64,000 bases of DNA, taken from positions 5,484-69,483 of the forward strand of contig CAZYDR010000002.1 of NCBI GenBank assembly GCA_964645285.1, read 5' to 3'. Position numbers and translations under genes: made by a program. A model generated the notes under the pieces. The model was given only the letters and a program-made list of their open reading frames with translations. It searched no databases and was not told the origin of the DNA. Positions within the stretch are counted from its first letter, which is position 1, and each line of letters starts with the position of its first letter. This DNA comes from an uncultured Alphaproteobacteria bacterium (lineage in GTDB: Bacteria; Pseudomonadota; Alphaproteobacteria; JAAXGF01). Shown here one piece after another: positions 41,386 to 51,800 of this stretch.

Positions 41386-43107
41386 TTACGCCGCGTTCAT
41401 GGTCTCAAGGAACTTATCGACCTCGCCGCGCAGCTTCTCGGCATGGCCGGAAAGCTCGCTGGCCGACTGCGGCACCTGACTGGCGGCGGTACCGGTCTCC
41501 GATGCCGCCTGGTTGACCCCGGCGATATTGGACGACACTTCCTGGGTGCCCGCCGCGGCCTGCTGGCTGTTGCTGCTGATCTCACCGGTCGCCGCGCCCT
41601 GCTCTTCGATAGCGGAGGCGATGGCCGTGGAAACCTCGTCCATCTCGGCGATCTTCTTGCCGATGCCTTCGATGGCCGACACCGATTCGTCGGTGGCCGT
41701 CCGGATCGAGGCGATCTGGGCCGCAATCTGCTCGGTGGCCTTGGCGGTTTGTGTTGCCAGGCTCTTGACCTCGGAAGCGACAACCGCGAAGCCCTTGCCG
41801 GCTTCACTGGCCCGCGCCGCCTCGATGGTGGCATTGAGGGCCAGAAGGTTGGTCTGGCTGGCAATGTCGCTGATCAGATCAACCACTTCACCAATCTTCT
41901 GCGAGCCCTCGGCCAGACCCTGAACCGACTCGTTGGTCTGGGCCGCCGCATCCACGGCGTCCTTGGCCATCTGGGCCGACTGGGCGATCTGACGGGCGAT
42001 CTCGTTGACCGAACTCGACATCTCCTCGGCCGCGGCGGAGACGGTCTGGACATTAGTCGAGGCCTGCTCGGAGGCGGCTGCGGCGGCCTGGCTCTGACGG
42101 CTGGTCTTCTCCGCCGTCGCAGCCATGCCTTCGGCCGCACCCTGCATCTCGGTCGCCGATGACGACATGGTCGTGAGCGTACTGGACACTGTGTTGTCAA
42201 ATTCGCGCGTCACCTGCTCGATTCGATCCGCCCGTTGTTGGCGGGCTGCCTCTTCCTGCTTCTGCTCGGCCCGTAGCCGGTCGGCGTCGGTCAGCTTGTC
42301 GCGGAAATCAGCCAGCACCTTGGCAATCTCGCCGAATTCGTCGAGGCGGTCGATATCCAGATTCATCGCCGCCGTATCGTCCATGGCGGCGATGGTCTGG
42401 ATGTCGGACTATAAACCGCCGAGGCTGGAGCCAATCAGGCGGAGCAGGTAGATGGCGCCGCAGAGCGCGATCAGAACGCCGACCGCGACAAGGATCACCA
42501 CCAGCCGGACGAGACCGGCGTTGCTTTCCTCGACCCAGCCCGCCTGATGGTCGAGTTTCACGAGGTTGCTGGTGGTGAGATCCCGCACCAGGACCACCAT
42601 TTCGTCGATGGATTCGGCGATTGACGCGGCCACCGCATCGAAGTCGGCCATCAACTTGTTGCCGCCGGCCGGGCCGTTGGCGATTTAGGCGTCGGCCATC
42701 TTCTGACCGGTCGCGTAGAACGGGCCGAAGGCGGCTTCCACCGTGTCTAGCGCCTGGATGACTTCGTCCAGTTCCAGGGCGGTCGCCATTTCCCGCGCCA
42801 GGGCGACGTCCGCGGCGAATTTCTCGGCGTTGGCGGCGGCCTCGTCGAAGCCGTCGTTGAGACCGTCGAGGCCGCGGGTGGCGGAGATGTCGGTCAGCCA
42901 CTGCCAAACCTGATAAACATCGGTCTTGACTTCGCCGACGGTCAGCATAAGTGGAACCCAGGCTTCGCCGACCTGGGTGGTTTTGTCCGACATCGCCTGG
43001 AGCTGTGGTGCTTGGGCGTCGAGGCGGAAGTTGATGATGCCCGAGATTCCGGCGAGAACGATCAAAAGCAGGGCAAGAATAACGATCAGCTTGGGTCTTA
43101 CGGTCAT
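41386..43107 (-). pseudogene. Methyl-accepting chemotaxis protein with in-frame TAA (42685-42687) and TAG (42409-42411)
   Basis: Three same-frame ORFs: N-terminal TM plus 4HB sensor (42685..43107), TM2 (42409..42654), HAMP plus MCP signalling domain (41386..42384). Confidence 0.6.
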
Positions 43108-43442
43108 TGGTTTATCTCTCAATAGTGATGCCAGCTCACGTCCCGGATGATCGCGGCGCCTTATTGGCCGCTTTTGCCGTATGAAACGCTGTCTGTTTGT
43201 TACATTCATAATCACCGAAAATTGTTAGCGTTCGGTTAACCAGACACTGTATAGGATATTATTTTGTTGTTTTGCGGTATGTTATCTCGATAATGGTGTA
43301 TTCATTTTGTCAAACTAACGGTTTGATAGAAGATGCTCTGATGGCCCGACCACCGATGCGGCCATGGCATGGCGTTCCCACAGCGACCCTTATAGAATTA
43401 TCGCCAATCCGCCCTTGCGGGAGCTTTTATGGGGGACGCCCG

Positions 43443-43721
43443 ATGCTCAAACTTGCCTCGATCTTTGCCGCCGTTCTGGTCGCCGAAATGGGCGACAAGA
43501 CACAGCTCGCGACGGTGCTGTTTGCCAGCGACCGAACCCTGAACCCGTTCATGGTGTTTATCGCGGCGGCATCGGCGCTCGTCCTGTCAACCGGGATCGC
43601 CGTGGTCGCCGGCAGCCTGGCGTCGCGCTATCTCGAGACGATGCCGCTGAAGATGATCGCTGGTATCGGTTTCATCGCCATCGGGGTGTGGACCCTGTTC
43701 GATCATTTTCGGGGCGCCTGA
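43443..43721 (+). CDS. UPF0016/GDT1 (TMEM165) family membrane protein, putative Mn2+/Ca2+ exporter (MneA-like)
   Basis: EMGDKTQLAT signature. 92 aa, single repeat unit. Confidence 0.7.
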   Translation: MLKLASIFAAVLVAEMGDKTQLATVLFASDRTLNPFMVFIAAASALVLSTGIAVVAGSLASRYLETMPLKMIAGIGFIAIGVWTLFDHFRGA

Positions 43722-43739
43722 CCGGCGGTCACCGGTTGG

Positions 43740-45089
43740 TCAGCTCCCGGCGCCGCCCTCGAGGAAGCGTTCGAGCCAGTTGATGTCGTAAACGCCGTTG
43801 ACGAAGTCGGGCTCGGCGATGAGCCGGAGATGCAGCGGGATGGTGGTCTCGACGCCGTCGATAACATATTCCTCGAGCGCCCGGCGCAGGCGCATCAGGC
43901 ATTCGTTGCGGCTGGAGCCGTGGACGATGACCTTGGCGATCAGGCTGTCGTAGGTCGGCGGGATGGTATAGCCGGCGTAAAGCGCCGAATCAACCCGCAC
44001 GCCGAGGCCGCCCGGCGCGTGGTAGCTGCCGATGCGGCCCGGCGACGGGGCGAAGGTTTCGGCGTGTTCGGCGTTGACCCGGCATTCGATGGCATGGCCG
44101 TCGAGGCGGATGTCGTTCTGGCCGTAGCCCAGCGGCGCCCCGGCGGCGACGCGGATTTGTTCGCGCACCAGGTCGATGCCGGTGATCATTTCGGTGACCG
44201 GGTGCTCGACCTGGAGCCGGGTATTCATCTCAATGAAGTTGAACTGGCCGTCCTGGTACAGAAACTCCACCGTGCCGAGGCCGTGATAACCGATTTCGGT
44301 CATGGCCTTGACGACAGTGTCGCCCAGCGTGTTGCGCTGATCGTCGTTTAGAGCCGCCGCCGGGGCTTCTTCGAGCACCTTCTGGTGGCGCCGTTGGAGC
44401 GAGCAGTCGCGCTCGCCCAAGTGCACCACGTTGCCGTGTTCATCGGCCAGCACCTGAATTTCGATATGCCGCGGCCCGTCGAGGAACTTCTCCATGTAAA
44501 GAGAGTCATCGCCGAAAGCGGTACGCGCTTCGGCCCGGGCCAGCGCCATATATTCCGCCAGCTTCGATGAGTCGGGCACCATCTTCATGCCCTTGCCGCC
44601 ACCGCCGGACACCGCTTTGACGACCACCGGATAGCCGATCTCGGCGGCCAGATCGAAAGCCTCGTCGCCGTCACTGATGGGGCCGTCGGATCCCAGCGTT
44701 ACCGGCACGCCGAGTGACTGCATGGCGGCCTTGGCGGCGATCTTGTTACCCATCATGCGCAGGTGTTCCGGTTTGGGGCCGATGAAGACGAAGCCGTGTT
44801 CTTCGACAATCTGCGCAAAACCGGCGTTTTCGGCGAGGAAGCCGTAGCCCGGATGGATGGCATCGGGGGCAGTGATCTCGGCGGCGGAAATGATCGCCGG
44901 GATGTTGAGATAACTCTGATTGGCCGGCGGCGGGCCGATGCAGACACTCTCGTCGGCGAGGCGCACATGCATGGCGTCGGCATCGACGGTGGAATGGACG
45001 GCGACGGTGCGTATGCCCATTTCGCGGCAGGCGCGATGAATGCGCAGGGCGATTTCCCCGCGATTGGCGATCAGCACCTTATCGAACAT
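43740..45089 (-). CDS. accC: Acetyl-CoA carboxylase biotin carboxylase subunit
   Basis: ATP-grasp plus biotin carboxylase motifs. 449 aa. Confidence 0.9.
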   Translation of the reverse strand: MFDKVLIANRGEIALRIHRACREMGIRTVAVHSTVDADAMHVRLADESVCIGPPPANQSYLNIPAIISAAEITAPDAIHPGYGFLAENAGFAQIVEEHGFVFIGPKPEHLRMMGNKIAAKAAMQSLGVPVTLGSDGPISDGDEAFDLAAEIGYPVVVKAVSGGGGKGMKMVPDSSKLAEYMALARAEARTAFGDDSLYMEKFLDGPRHIEIQVLADEHGNVVHLGERDCSLQRRHQKVLEEAPAAALNDDQRNTLGDTVVKAMTEIGYHGLGTVEFLYQDGQFNFIEMNTRLQVEHPVTEMITGIDLVREQIRVAAGAPLGYGQNDIRLDGHAIECRVNAEHAETFAPSPGRIGSYHAPGGLGVRVDSALYAGYTIPPTYDSLIAKVIVHGSSRNECLMRLRRALEEYVIDGVETTIPLHLRLIAEPDFVNGVYDINWLERFLEGGAGS

Positions 45090-45104
45090 CGGGAATGGAT
45101 GCTC

Positions 45105-45554
45105 TTACGCGAGAACCAGCAGGGTCTCGCCGAATTCGACTGGACTGCCGTTCTCCACCACGATCTCGCTGACCGTGCCGCCGCGCGGCGCACGGATCGG
45201 GTTCATCACCTTCATGGCTTCGATGATAAGCAAGGTATCGCCTTCCTCGACTCGGGCGCCGACGGAGACGAAGTCCGGCGCGCCGGGCTCAGGCGCGCTG
45301 TACACCGTACCGACCATGGGCGACGCCACGGCGCCGGCGGGGGCGACATCGACACCGGGTGACGGGGCGGCCGGCGGTGCCTCGGCGGACGCCGGCGCCG
45401 GGGCGGCGTGGACGGTGCCCGCCACCGCGCCGCGGGCAACCCGGACCCGTTGTTCGCCGTCGCCCAGCTCGATTTCGCTGAGGCCGGTCTCTTCAAGCAG
45501 ATCGGCGAGCTGGCGAACCAGATCGGCGTCGACCTCGAATTTTCCTGCGGTCAT
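45105..45554 (-). CDS. accB: Acetyl-CoA carboxylase biotin carboxyl carrier protein
   Basis: EAMKVMN biotinylation motif. Start at MTAGKFEVD. Confidence 0.85.
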   Translation of the reverse strand: MTAGKFEVDADLVRQLADLLEETGLSEIELGDGEQRVRVARGAVAGTVHAAPAPASAEAPPAAPSPGVDVAPAGAVASPMVGTVYSAPEPGAPDFVSVGARVEEGDTLLIIEAMKVMNPIRAPRGGTVSEIVVENGSPVEFGETLLVLA

Positions 45555-45558
45555 TGCC

Positions 45559-46011
45559 CTAACCCTCGTCTGATTGGTCGAGAATGCGCGCCATGGCGTC
45601 CAGCGCCATCTCGTAGCCCCGGCTGCCAAAACCGCAGATCATGCCGACGGCGGCCTGGGAAACATAGGACTGCTGGCGGAACGACTCGCGGCGGTGGATG
45701 TTGGAGAGATGGACCTCGACCACCGGCAACTCACTGGCCAGCAGGGCATCGAGTACGGCGATGGACGTGTGGGTCAGGGCACCGGCGTTGACGATCAGCC
45801 CGGCAACCGTGGTCCGCGCATCCTGAATCCAGCCGACGATCTCGCCTTCGCTGTTGGACTGGCGAAAATCCACCGCCAGATCAAGAGTGTCGGCGCGGGC
45901 CATGCACAGGCCCTCGACATCGGCCAGGGTTTCGTGGCCATAAATATCCGGCTCCCGCGTACCCAGCAGGTTGAGATTGGGGCCATTGATAATGAGAATT
46001 ATCGCGCTCAT
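45559..46011 (-). CDS. aroQ: 3-dehydroquinate dehydratase type II
   Basis: INGPNLNLLGTREP and HLSN motifs. aroQ-accB-accC synteny. Confidence 0.85.
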   Translation of the reverse strand: MSAIILIINGPNLNLLGTREPDIYGHETLADVEGLCMARADTLDLAVDFRQSNSEGEIVGWIQDARTTVAGLIVNAGALTHTSIAVLDALLASELPVVEVHLSNIHRRESFRQQSYVSQAAVGMICGFGSRGYEMALDAMARILDQSDEG

Positions 46012-46106
46012 GGGCGCCTTCCAGAGAATCGGCTATGTGCGTCGGCCCCGTTATAGCACGGTGCCAACGACAGGCAACGGCAGGGATTGAGCAATGAGGC
46101 GCCGTG

Positions 46107-46760
46107 TTATATGCGGCGGCCGACCCAGATCACCCGGCCGGTCACGTCCACGTCGTCGGGGGCGACCGGGGCGAGGCGGGGGTAGTTCTCGTTGTCGCAG
46201 GAAATCGTCACCTCGCGGCGCACCGGATCGATAAGCAGGCGTTTGACCAGCACGAAGTCGCCGAAACGTACGATATAAACACCGTCACGCGCCGCGCCGC
46301 GCTGGCTCAGGTCGACAAGGATGGTGTCGCCGTCGGCCAGGGTCGGATACATGGAATCGCCGTGAACGGTGATCACCGCGAGCTCGTCGGTTGATGCGGT
46401 GGTTACCGAGCGCAGCCAGTTGTGGCGAAAGGCCAGACGGCCGGTCTCGTACTCGTTGTCGATGATGATGCCGTCGCCGGCCGCCGCCGAGACCTCATAG
46501 GTCGGCACGAAGGCGAACTCTTCCTTATAGCGCGCCACGGCGGGCGCCGGCGTCGCGCCGGGCTCGATAAGTTCGATAACCGAGCATTCCAGGGACCCGG
46601 CAATCTTCTGAACCGTGTCGTGGCGCGGATGTTGGGATTTACCGATCAGGATATCGCGCACCGCCGTCTCGTTGAGACCCGCCGCCCGCGCCAGGGACTT
46701 TTGGTTGAAGCCTCCGGCTTCCATACGGCGGCGAATTTCCCGCGCTAGCTCGCTTGCCAT
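46107..46760 (-). CDS. cI/LexA-like repressor (XRE HTH plus S24 peptidase)
   Basis: HTH (QKSLARAAGLNETAVRDI) plus S24 Ser/Lys dyad region (GDSMYP...VKR). Start at MASELA with GGGAGGAAUC RBS. Confidence 0.7.
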   Translation of the reverse strand: MASELAREIRRRMEAGGFNQKSLARAAGLNETAVRDILIGKSQHPRHDTVQKIAGSLECSVIELIEPGATPAPAVARYKEEFAFVPTYEVSAAAGDGIIIDNEYETGRLAFRHNWLRSVTTASTDELAVITVHGDSMYPTLADGDTILVDLSQRGAARDGVYIVRFGDFVLVKRLLIDPVRREVTISCDNENYPRLAPVAPDDVDVTGRVIWVGRRI

Positions 46761-46892
46761 GATTCCTCCCAATGTCTTGCCGATCTGGTAGCCAAATCGG
46801 TGATTATTCCCACCGACATCTGGTAAAGTCGCGTAAAATTCACTAAATTGCACGTAGGAAAAATCCCCTTGACATATGTAACCGTTGCTCAT

Positions 46893-47500
46893 ACATTAGT
46901 GGGGAAGGGGAAAGACGCTCAACATACAAGATTTCTTCAGGAGGTTTCCCACGGATGAAGCCTGTTTGGATCATCTTGTGGAAACTCGCTACGGCATGAA
47001 GGGCGCGTGTCCCAAGAGTGGTAAGGTCACAAAGTGGCATAGGCTTAGGAAACATCCCGCTTATGAGTGCCAGTGGTGCGAACATCATTTGCACCCCATG
47101 GCGGGCACTCCGTTCCAGCGCACTCGTACACCGCTGCAAAAGTGGTTCTACGTCATGTTCCTGTTCTGCATGACCCGCAACGGCGTTTCGGCCAAGGAAA
47201 TCCAGCGCCAGCTTGGCGTGACGTACAAATGCGCGTGGCGTATGGGCCATGAAATCCGCAAGTACATGGCCTATGCCGATGGCGACAGGCCGCTTGGCGG
47301 AAACGCCGTTGTCGAGATCGACAAGACATTCATTGGTGGCAAGGACAAGCGGGGCCACGACGACAAATACATCGTCCTCGGCATGGTCGAACGTGGCGGC
47401 GAAATTATCATGCGCGAAGTCCCTAATCGCGGCGAGTTCGCCGTGGTCCCACCCATCAAGCAGTGGGTCAAACAGGGCACCCGCGTTCCGCACCCACTTC
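46893..47500 (+). mobile_element. IS1595-family (ISXO2-like) insertion sequence remnant: transposase N-terminal ~180 aa, 3' part deleted
   Basis: The Zn-ribbon CP.SGKVTKW...YECQWCEHH and WRMGHEIRKYM...VEIDKTFIGGK are typical of IS1595 transposases. Homology ends near 47490. A TTGACA-N17-TACATT promoter lies at ~46880-46908. Confidence 0.55.
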
Positions 47501-48272
47501 ATCGGTCTTCTACCACGGCGACACGGTCGGCCTTGGTGACCCGAAGGACCGCAATCTGGCCTTGCTGGTCAACGATGTGACGGTCAGCCTGGCCGCCGAC
47601 GCCCATTTCGCCTGGGGGTCATCCTATCTGCCGACCCCGCTTACCGAACGCGAACGGGTGCCGGCGGCCGCCGATATTCTCGAGGTCCACCGCCTGACAC
47701 GCGCTATCGAGCCCCAGGCCAGGGACCTGGCGAAGCGCATCGACTGGCGCGAGACGGACGAACTCGCCATGGCCATCGCCGACGGCGCTCGTGCCTGGTT
47801 AGACCGCCTCGACGGCTACCTCGCGGCCATCGGCATCGAAGCAGACAACCCGCTCGAACTGATGCTCGCGACCCGGCGCATGGGCGCCCCTGCCATCGAA
47901 CGTATTGGTTTGGGGCCGGACGCGGACCTCAGCCATCCCACCGAACTCACGCGCATGAGCCAGGAAGCCCGCGAACGCGAGGTCGAACGGGTCTCGCGGT
48001 CCGGCGCCGCCCGCCTCGACGGCTTGGCGGTCGCCACCACCTACAACGGCATGGCGCTCAATTACGGCGACCACCTTGCCGCCGAGCGCCAGCGGCGTGA
48101 CGCCAGGATAACCCTTGTCATGGGTGGCGTGCTCAACGAGGATGCCGGCGAAGGCTCGAATTCGGATCTTCCTCGCGACGTGACGCCGGACCTCAACGCC
48201 CGCGGTATCGTCACCACCAACGATCTGCTGGAATTGGTTACCGTCCTGGCTGAATCCGCGTCCCGGGTGTGA
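47463..48272 (+). CDS. Hypothetical protein, probably the 3' portion of a gene truncated by the IS/deletion event
   Basis: The ORF begins out of nowhere at the IS junction. No recognisable domain. Confidence 0.25.
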   Translation: MGQTGHPRSAPTSSVFYHGDTVGLGDPKDRNLALLVNDVTVSLAADAHFAWGSSYLPTPLTERERVPAAADILEVHRLTRAIEPQARDLAKRIDWRETDELAMAIADGARAWLDRLDGYLAAIGIEADNPLELMLATRRMGAPAIERIGLGPDADLSHPTELTRMSQEAREREVERVSRSGAARLDGLAVATTYNGMALNYGDHLAAERQRRDARITLVMGGVLNEDAGEGSNSDLPRDVTPDLNARGIVTTNDLLELVTVLAESASRV

Positions 48273-48320
48273 CCGCCGACCTAAGTTCTGATTCCATCAA
48301 CCGGAGGATAAATAACTGGC

Positions 48321-49043
48321 ATGGCAACCCCATCTCCCCTAGCCGCCGTCGAAGTCGATGCCGAAACTGTCAGCGGCTGGCTCGACAATCACGAAGCGAT
48401 ACTGGTGGACGTGCGCGAAACCACCGAATACGAACAGGAACATATCCCCGGTTCGGTCCTGGTCCCCCTGTCGGTGTTCGATCCGGACGTGTTTCCCCGC
48501 ATCGCCAACAAGAAGATCGTGTTTCACTGCGCTGTCGGCAAACGCTCGGCGGCGGCGGCCAAGCAACTGCTCAAGGCCGGCCATGCGATGCTCTATAATA
48601 TGACCGGCGGCATCAACGCCTGGAAGGAAGCCGGCCTGGTAACCGAGATCCAGTTCATTCCACCGGCGCTACCCGACGATATTCCGGTGTCGGGGAAGGA
48701 CCGAGAGACTCTGGAAACCGCCATGATCGGCGACCATGAGACCGCAGCGGAATGGTCGCGCCTCCATCCCGGCCAGGTGCTGTTACAGGAGTTTCTTGAG
48801 CCCCTGGGCATCAGCCAGCGCCGGCTCGCCCGCGAAATCTTAGTCTCGCCGCGGCGCATCGGTGACCTGGTGTACGGCAGGAGTGCGGTAACCCTGGACA
48901 CCGGTCTGCGTCTCGCGCGCTACTTCAGTACCGCCGACGACTTCTGGCTGCGGGCCCAGATGGACTATGACCTCGACCGCGCCCACGACGCCCTGGGCCG
49001 GACCATCCGTAGCGAAGTCAAACCTCGGAGTGCCCGGAAATAG
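48321..49043 (+). CDS. Rhodanese domain fused to a HigA-family (XRE HTH) antitoxin-like domain
   Basis: Rhodanese with catalytic FHCAVGKRS (CxxGxR), then HPGQVLLQEFLEPLGISQRRLAREILVSPRRIGDLVYGRSAVTLDTGLRLARYFSTADDFWLRAQMDYDL (HigA/VapI pattern). GGAGGA RBS. Confidence 0.65.
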   Translation: MATPSPLAAVEVDAETVSGWLDNHEAILVDVRETTEYEQEHIPGSVLVPLSVFDPDVFPRIANKKIVFHCAVGKRSAAAAKQLLKAGHAMLYNMTGGINAWKEAGLVTEIQFIPPALPDDIPVSGKDRETLETAMIGDHETAAEWSRLHPGQVLLQEFLEPLGISQRRLAREILVSPRRIGDLVYGRSAVTLDTGLRLARYFSTADDFWLRAQMDYDLDRAHDALGRTIRSEVKPRSARK

Positions 49044-49135
49044 CGCCTACGGCTCTACCGTGTCGCTTTTTTGCCGGTTTGGCGTCAAATGTGTACCATG
49101 GCTGAAAATCTGTCCACGGGGCGGCCGGCGGTGAG

Positions 49136-50917
49136 ATGACCTACGAGCAGGCAGCGGTATTTGCAGTTCTGGCGGGCGTCCTGGTGTTGTTCATCTGGGG
49201 CCGTTGGCGCTATGACGTAGTCGCTCTGGTCGCCCTGCTGGCATCGGTGGTGGCCGGCGTGGTGCCCTATGGCGAGGCGTTCAGCGGGCTCGGCCATCCG
49301 GCCACGGTGACCGTCGCCATGGTGTTGATCATTTCCCGGGCCCTGAGCAATTCCGGTGCGGTCGATCTGATCTCCAGTCATGTCACCCTGGCGGCCAAGC
49401 GATTGTCGCTCCACATCGCTGCTCTGGCCGGCCTTGGCGCCGCCCTGTCGGCGATCATGAACAACGTCGGCGCCCTGGCCCTGCTCATGCCCGTGGCCAT
49501 GAAGGCCGCCAACAAGGCCAAGCAGTCGCCAGCGGTGATCCTCATGCCGTTGTCCTTCGGCTCGATCCTCGGCGGCCTGATGACCATGATCGGCACGCCG
49601 CCGAACATCATCATCGCCACGGTGCGTGAGAAGTCCGCCGGGACGCCCTTCGGCATGTTCGACTTCACCCCGGTGGGCGCGGTAGTGGCGGTCACCGGGG
49701 TCATTTTCATCGCCACGGTCGGCTGGCACCTGATCCCGCGCCAGCGTCGCCAGACCCTGACTTCCGAAGAACTATTTGATCTCGAAGACTACGTCTCCGA
49801 AGCGCGGGTGCCCGAGGAGTCGCCGGCGGTCGGCCTCACGGTCCATGAGATCGAGGAACTGGCGGCCGATACGGCGGCGGTCATCGTCGGTGTTATCCGC
49901 AAGGGCCGCCGGGGTTTTGGCGTCGCCCGCCGCGAGCCGATCCGGCCCGGCGATCTGCTGGTGGTTGAAGCCAGCCCCGAGGCCATCGGCAGCTTTATGT
50001 CGATCCTCGGCCTCGAGGTGGTGGGCGTCGAGGGACCCAAGGCGAGCCTGCTGAGCGCCGAGAACGTGGTGCTGGTGGAGGCGGTGGTGGCGCCGCGCGC
50101 CCGCATCGAGGGCCGCAGTGTCCACGCCATGCGCCTGCGCACCCGCTACGGGGTTACCCTGCTGGCGGTATCGCGCCAGGGCCGGCCGATCCGCGAGCGC
50201 CTGATGTCCCTGGCGCTGAAGGCCGGCGATGTGCTGTTGTTGCAGGGCGATGGTGATCGGCTACCCGAGGCCATTGCCGCCATGGGCTGCCTGCCCCTGG
50301 CCGAGCGCGGACTGCAGATTGGTCAGCGCCGCCACGCCGGACTATGCGCCGCTATCTTCGCCGCCGCGATTGTCAGCGCCAGTCTGGGCTGGCTGCCCTT
50401 CACCATTTCCCTGGCCCTGGCCGCCCTGGCCATGGTTCTGCTCAATATCGTGCCGCCCCGGGAAATCTATGAAAGTATCGACTGGCCGGTGATTCTGTTG
50501 CTCGGCGCCATGATCCCCGTGGGCGAGGCCCTGGAGACCAGCGGCGCCACCGGGTTGATCGCCAGCGCCATACTCGGCGTCGCCGGCGATTTCCCGGCGG
50601 TCGTGGTGCTGGCGTTGCTGATGATCGTCACCATGACCCTGTCGGATATCATGAACAATGCCGCCACGGCGGTGGTCATGGCGCCCATCAGCATGGGCAT
50701 GGCGAGCCAGCTCGGGGTCAGCGCCGACCCGTTCCTGATGACCGTGGCGGTGGCTGCGTCGTGTGCTTTCCTGACGCCCATCGGCCACCAGAACAACATG
50801 CTGATCATGGGCCCGGGAGGCTATCACTTCGGCGACTACTGGCGCATGGGCCTGCCGCTCGAGATTCTTATCGTTGTGGTGTCGCTACCGATGATTCTTT
50901 GGGTCTGGCCGCTGTAG
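49136..50917 (+). CDS. SLC13/DASS-family permease with two central TrkA-C (RCK_C) domains
   Basis: Inverted-repeat transporter halves flank two TrkA-C-like segments. Confidence 0.7.
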   Translation: MTYEQAAVFAVLAGVLVLFIWGRWRYDVVALVALLASVVAGVVPYGEAFSGLGHPATVTVAMVLIISRALSNSGAVDLISSHVTLAAKRLSLHIAALAGLGAALSAIMNNVGALALLMPVAMKAANKAKQSPAVILMPLSFGSILGGLMTMIGTPPNIIIATVREKSAGTPFGMFDFTPVGAVVAVTGVIFIATVGWHLIPRQRRQTLTSEELFDLEDYVSEARVPEESPAVGLTVHEIEELAADTAAVIVGVIRKGRRGFGVARREPIRPGDLLVVEASPEAIGSFMSILGLEVVGVEGPKASLLSAENVVLVEAVVAPRARIEGRSVHAMRLRTRYGVTLLAVSRQGRPIRERLMSLALKAGDVLLLQGDGDRLPEAIAAMGCLPLAERGLQIGQRRHAGLCAAIFAAAIVSASLGWLPFTISLALAALAMVLLNIVPPREIYESIDWPVILLLGAMIPVGEALETSGATGLIASAILGVAGDFPAVVVLALLMIVTMTLSDIMNNAATAVVMAPISMGMASQLGVSADPFLMTVAVAASCAFLTPIGHQNNMLIMGPGGYHFGDYWRMGLPLEILIVVVSLPMILWVWPL

Positions 50918-51800
50918 GCGCAATCAAATTGGCACCCTCGGCGCCGTGGTAGAAGCCGTTGGAAAACTCCACGTCGCAGCAGATGGTGGCGAGTTGGGCG
51001 TCGCCTTCGTCGCTGGCCATGCGGCCGTCGAGCACATCGCGGAAGATGCCGGCGACGGCGACCATGTCGCAATCCTGGGGCCACAGACGGTAGGCTTTGA
51101 TCCCCATGTCCTTCATCTCGCCAAGATCGCCGAGCAGATTGGCGTAGGTGGCCGACAGGGTTTGCGGGCCGTTGACCGCGAACATGGGCTCGTCATCGAG
51201 GCTGTCGACCATCATGCCGTCCGGGTCCTCGCCGCAGACGAAGCGGCAGCCGTCACGGCTCACGTCGCGCGACCGAGCATGATAGCAGCGCGCCGAAATG
51301 GCCAGGGGCAGGCGGCCGAAGACCTGGACCTCGATATCGCTGGCGCCGATACCGGCCAGGGTGGCCAGGTATGCCGCCGGCAATTCCGACGGCAGGCAGA
51401 CCCGCGATGCGCCGGCCTCCGCTAGGTAGCGCAGGGTGTCCTCGTTATAGACGTTGATGAACGGTCCGATGATGTGGTCGCGGCGATGGAGCAGGCCGAC
51501 GCAGGAGATATCGTTGGCCTCCACGGTCCATGGCCCCTCGGCGATGGCCGACACCAGATCCATGTCGTTCTTGTCCATAACCAGGGCCATGGTCGAGCGG
51601 ACCACGTTTTTGCCGGCCGCCGTCAGGCGCTCCAGCACCGCGTCCATATGGGGCTCGAAAAGCACCGCGCGCTTGGCGCAGACCACCTCGCCCACGTAGA
51701 CCGTGTCGACAGCGGACTCGTCGGCCATGCGGAAATAGAAGTCGCGCCAAGCTTCGGGCGCCCAGTGGAACAGCACCGGCCCCACGGTAAGCTTGCTCAT
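50868..51800 (-). CDS. ubiV: U32-family protein UbiV (O2-independent ubiquinone biosynthesis)
   Basis: KLTVGPVLFHW N-terminus and conserved Cys cluster. Start overlaps the ubiU stop. The ORF extends to 51809. Confidence 0.65.
   Translation of the reverse strand: MSKLTVGPVLFHWAPEAWRDFYFRMADESAVDTVYVGEVVCAKRAVLFEPHMDAVLERLTAAGKNVVRSTMALVMDKNDMDLVSAIAEGPWTVEANDISCVGLLHRRDHIIGPFINVYNEDTLRYLAEAGASRVCLPSELPAAYLATLAGIGASDIEVQVFGRLPLAISARCYHARSRDVSRDGCRFVCGEDPDGMMVDSLDDEPMFAVNGPQTLSATYANLLGDLGEMKDMGIKAYRLWPQDCDMVAVAGIFRDVLDGRMASDEGDAQLATICCDVEFSNGFYHGAEGANLIAPTAARPKESSVATPQR

Noticed and set aside
43216-43442. Canonical yybP-ykoY Mn2+ riboswitch
   Set aside because: The conserved GGGGAGUAG and UUUAGCAAGAC elements are absent. 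Kept only as a low-confidence regulatory-region finding.
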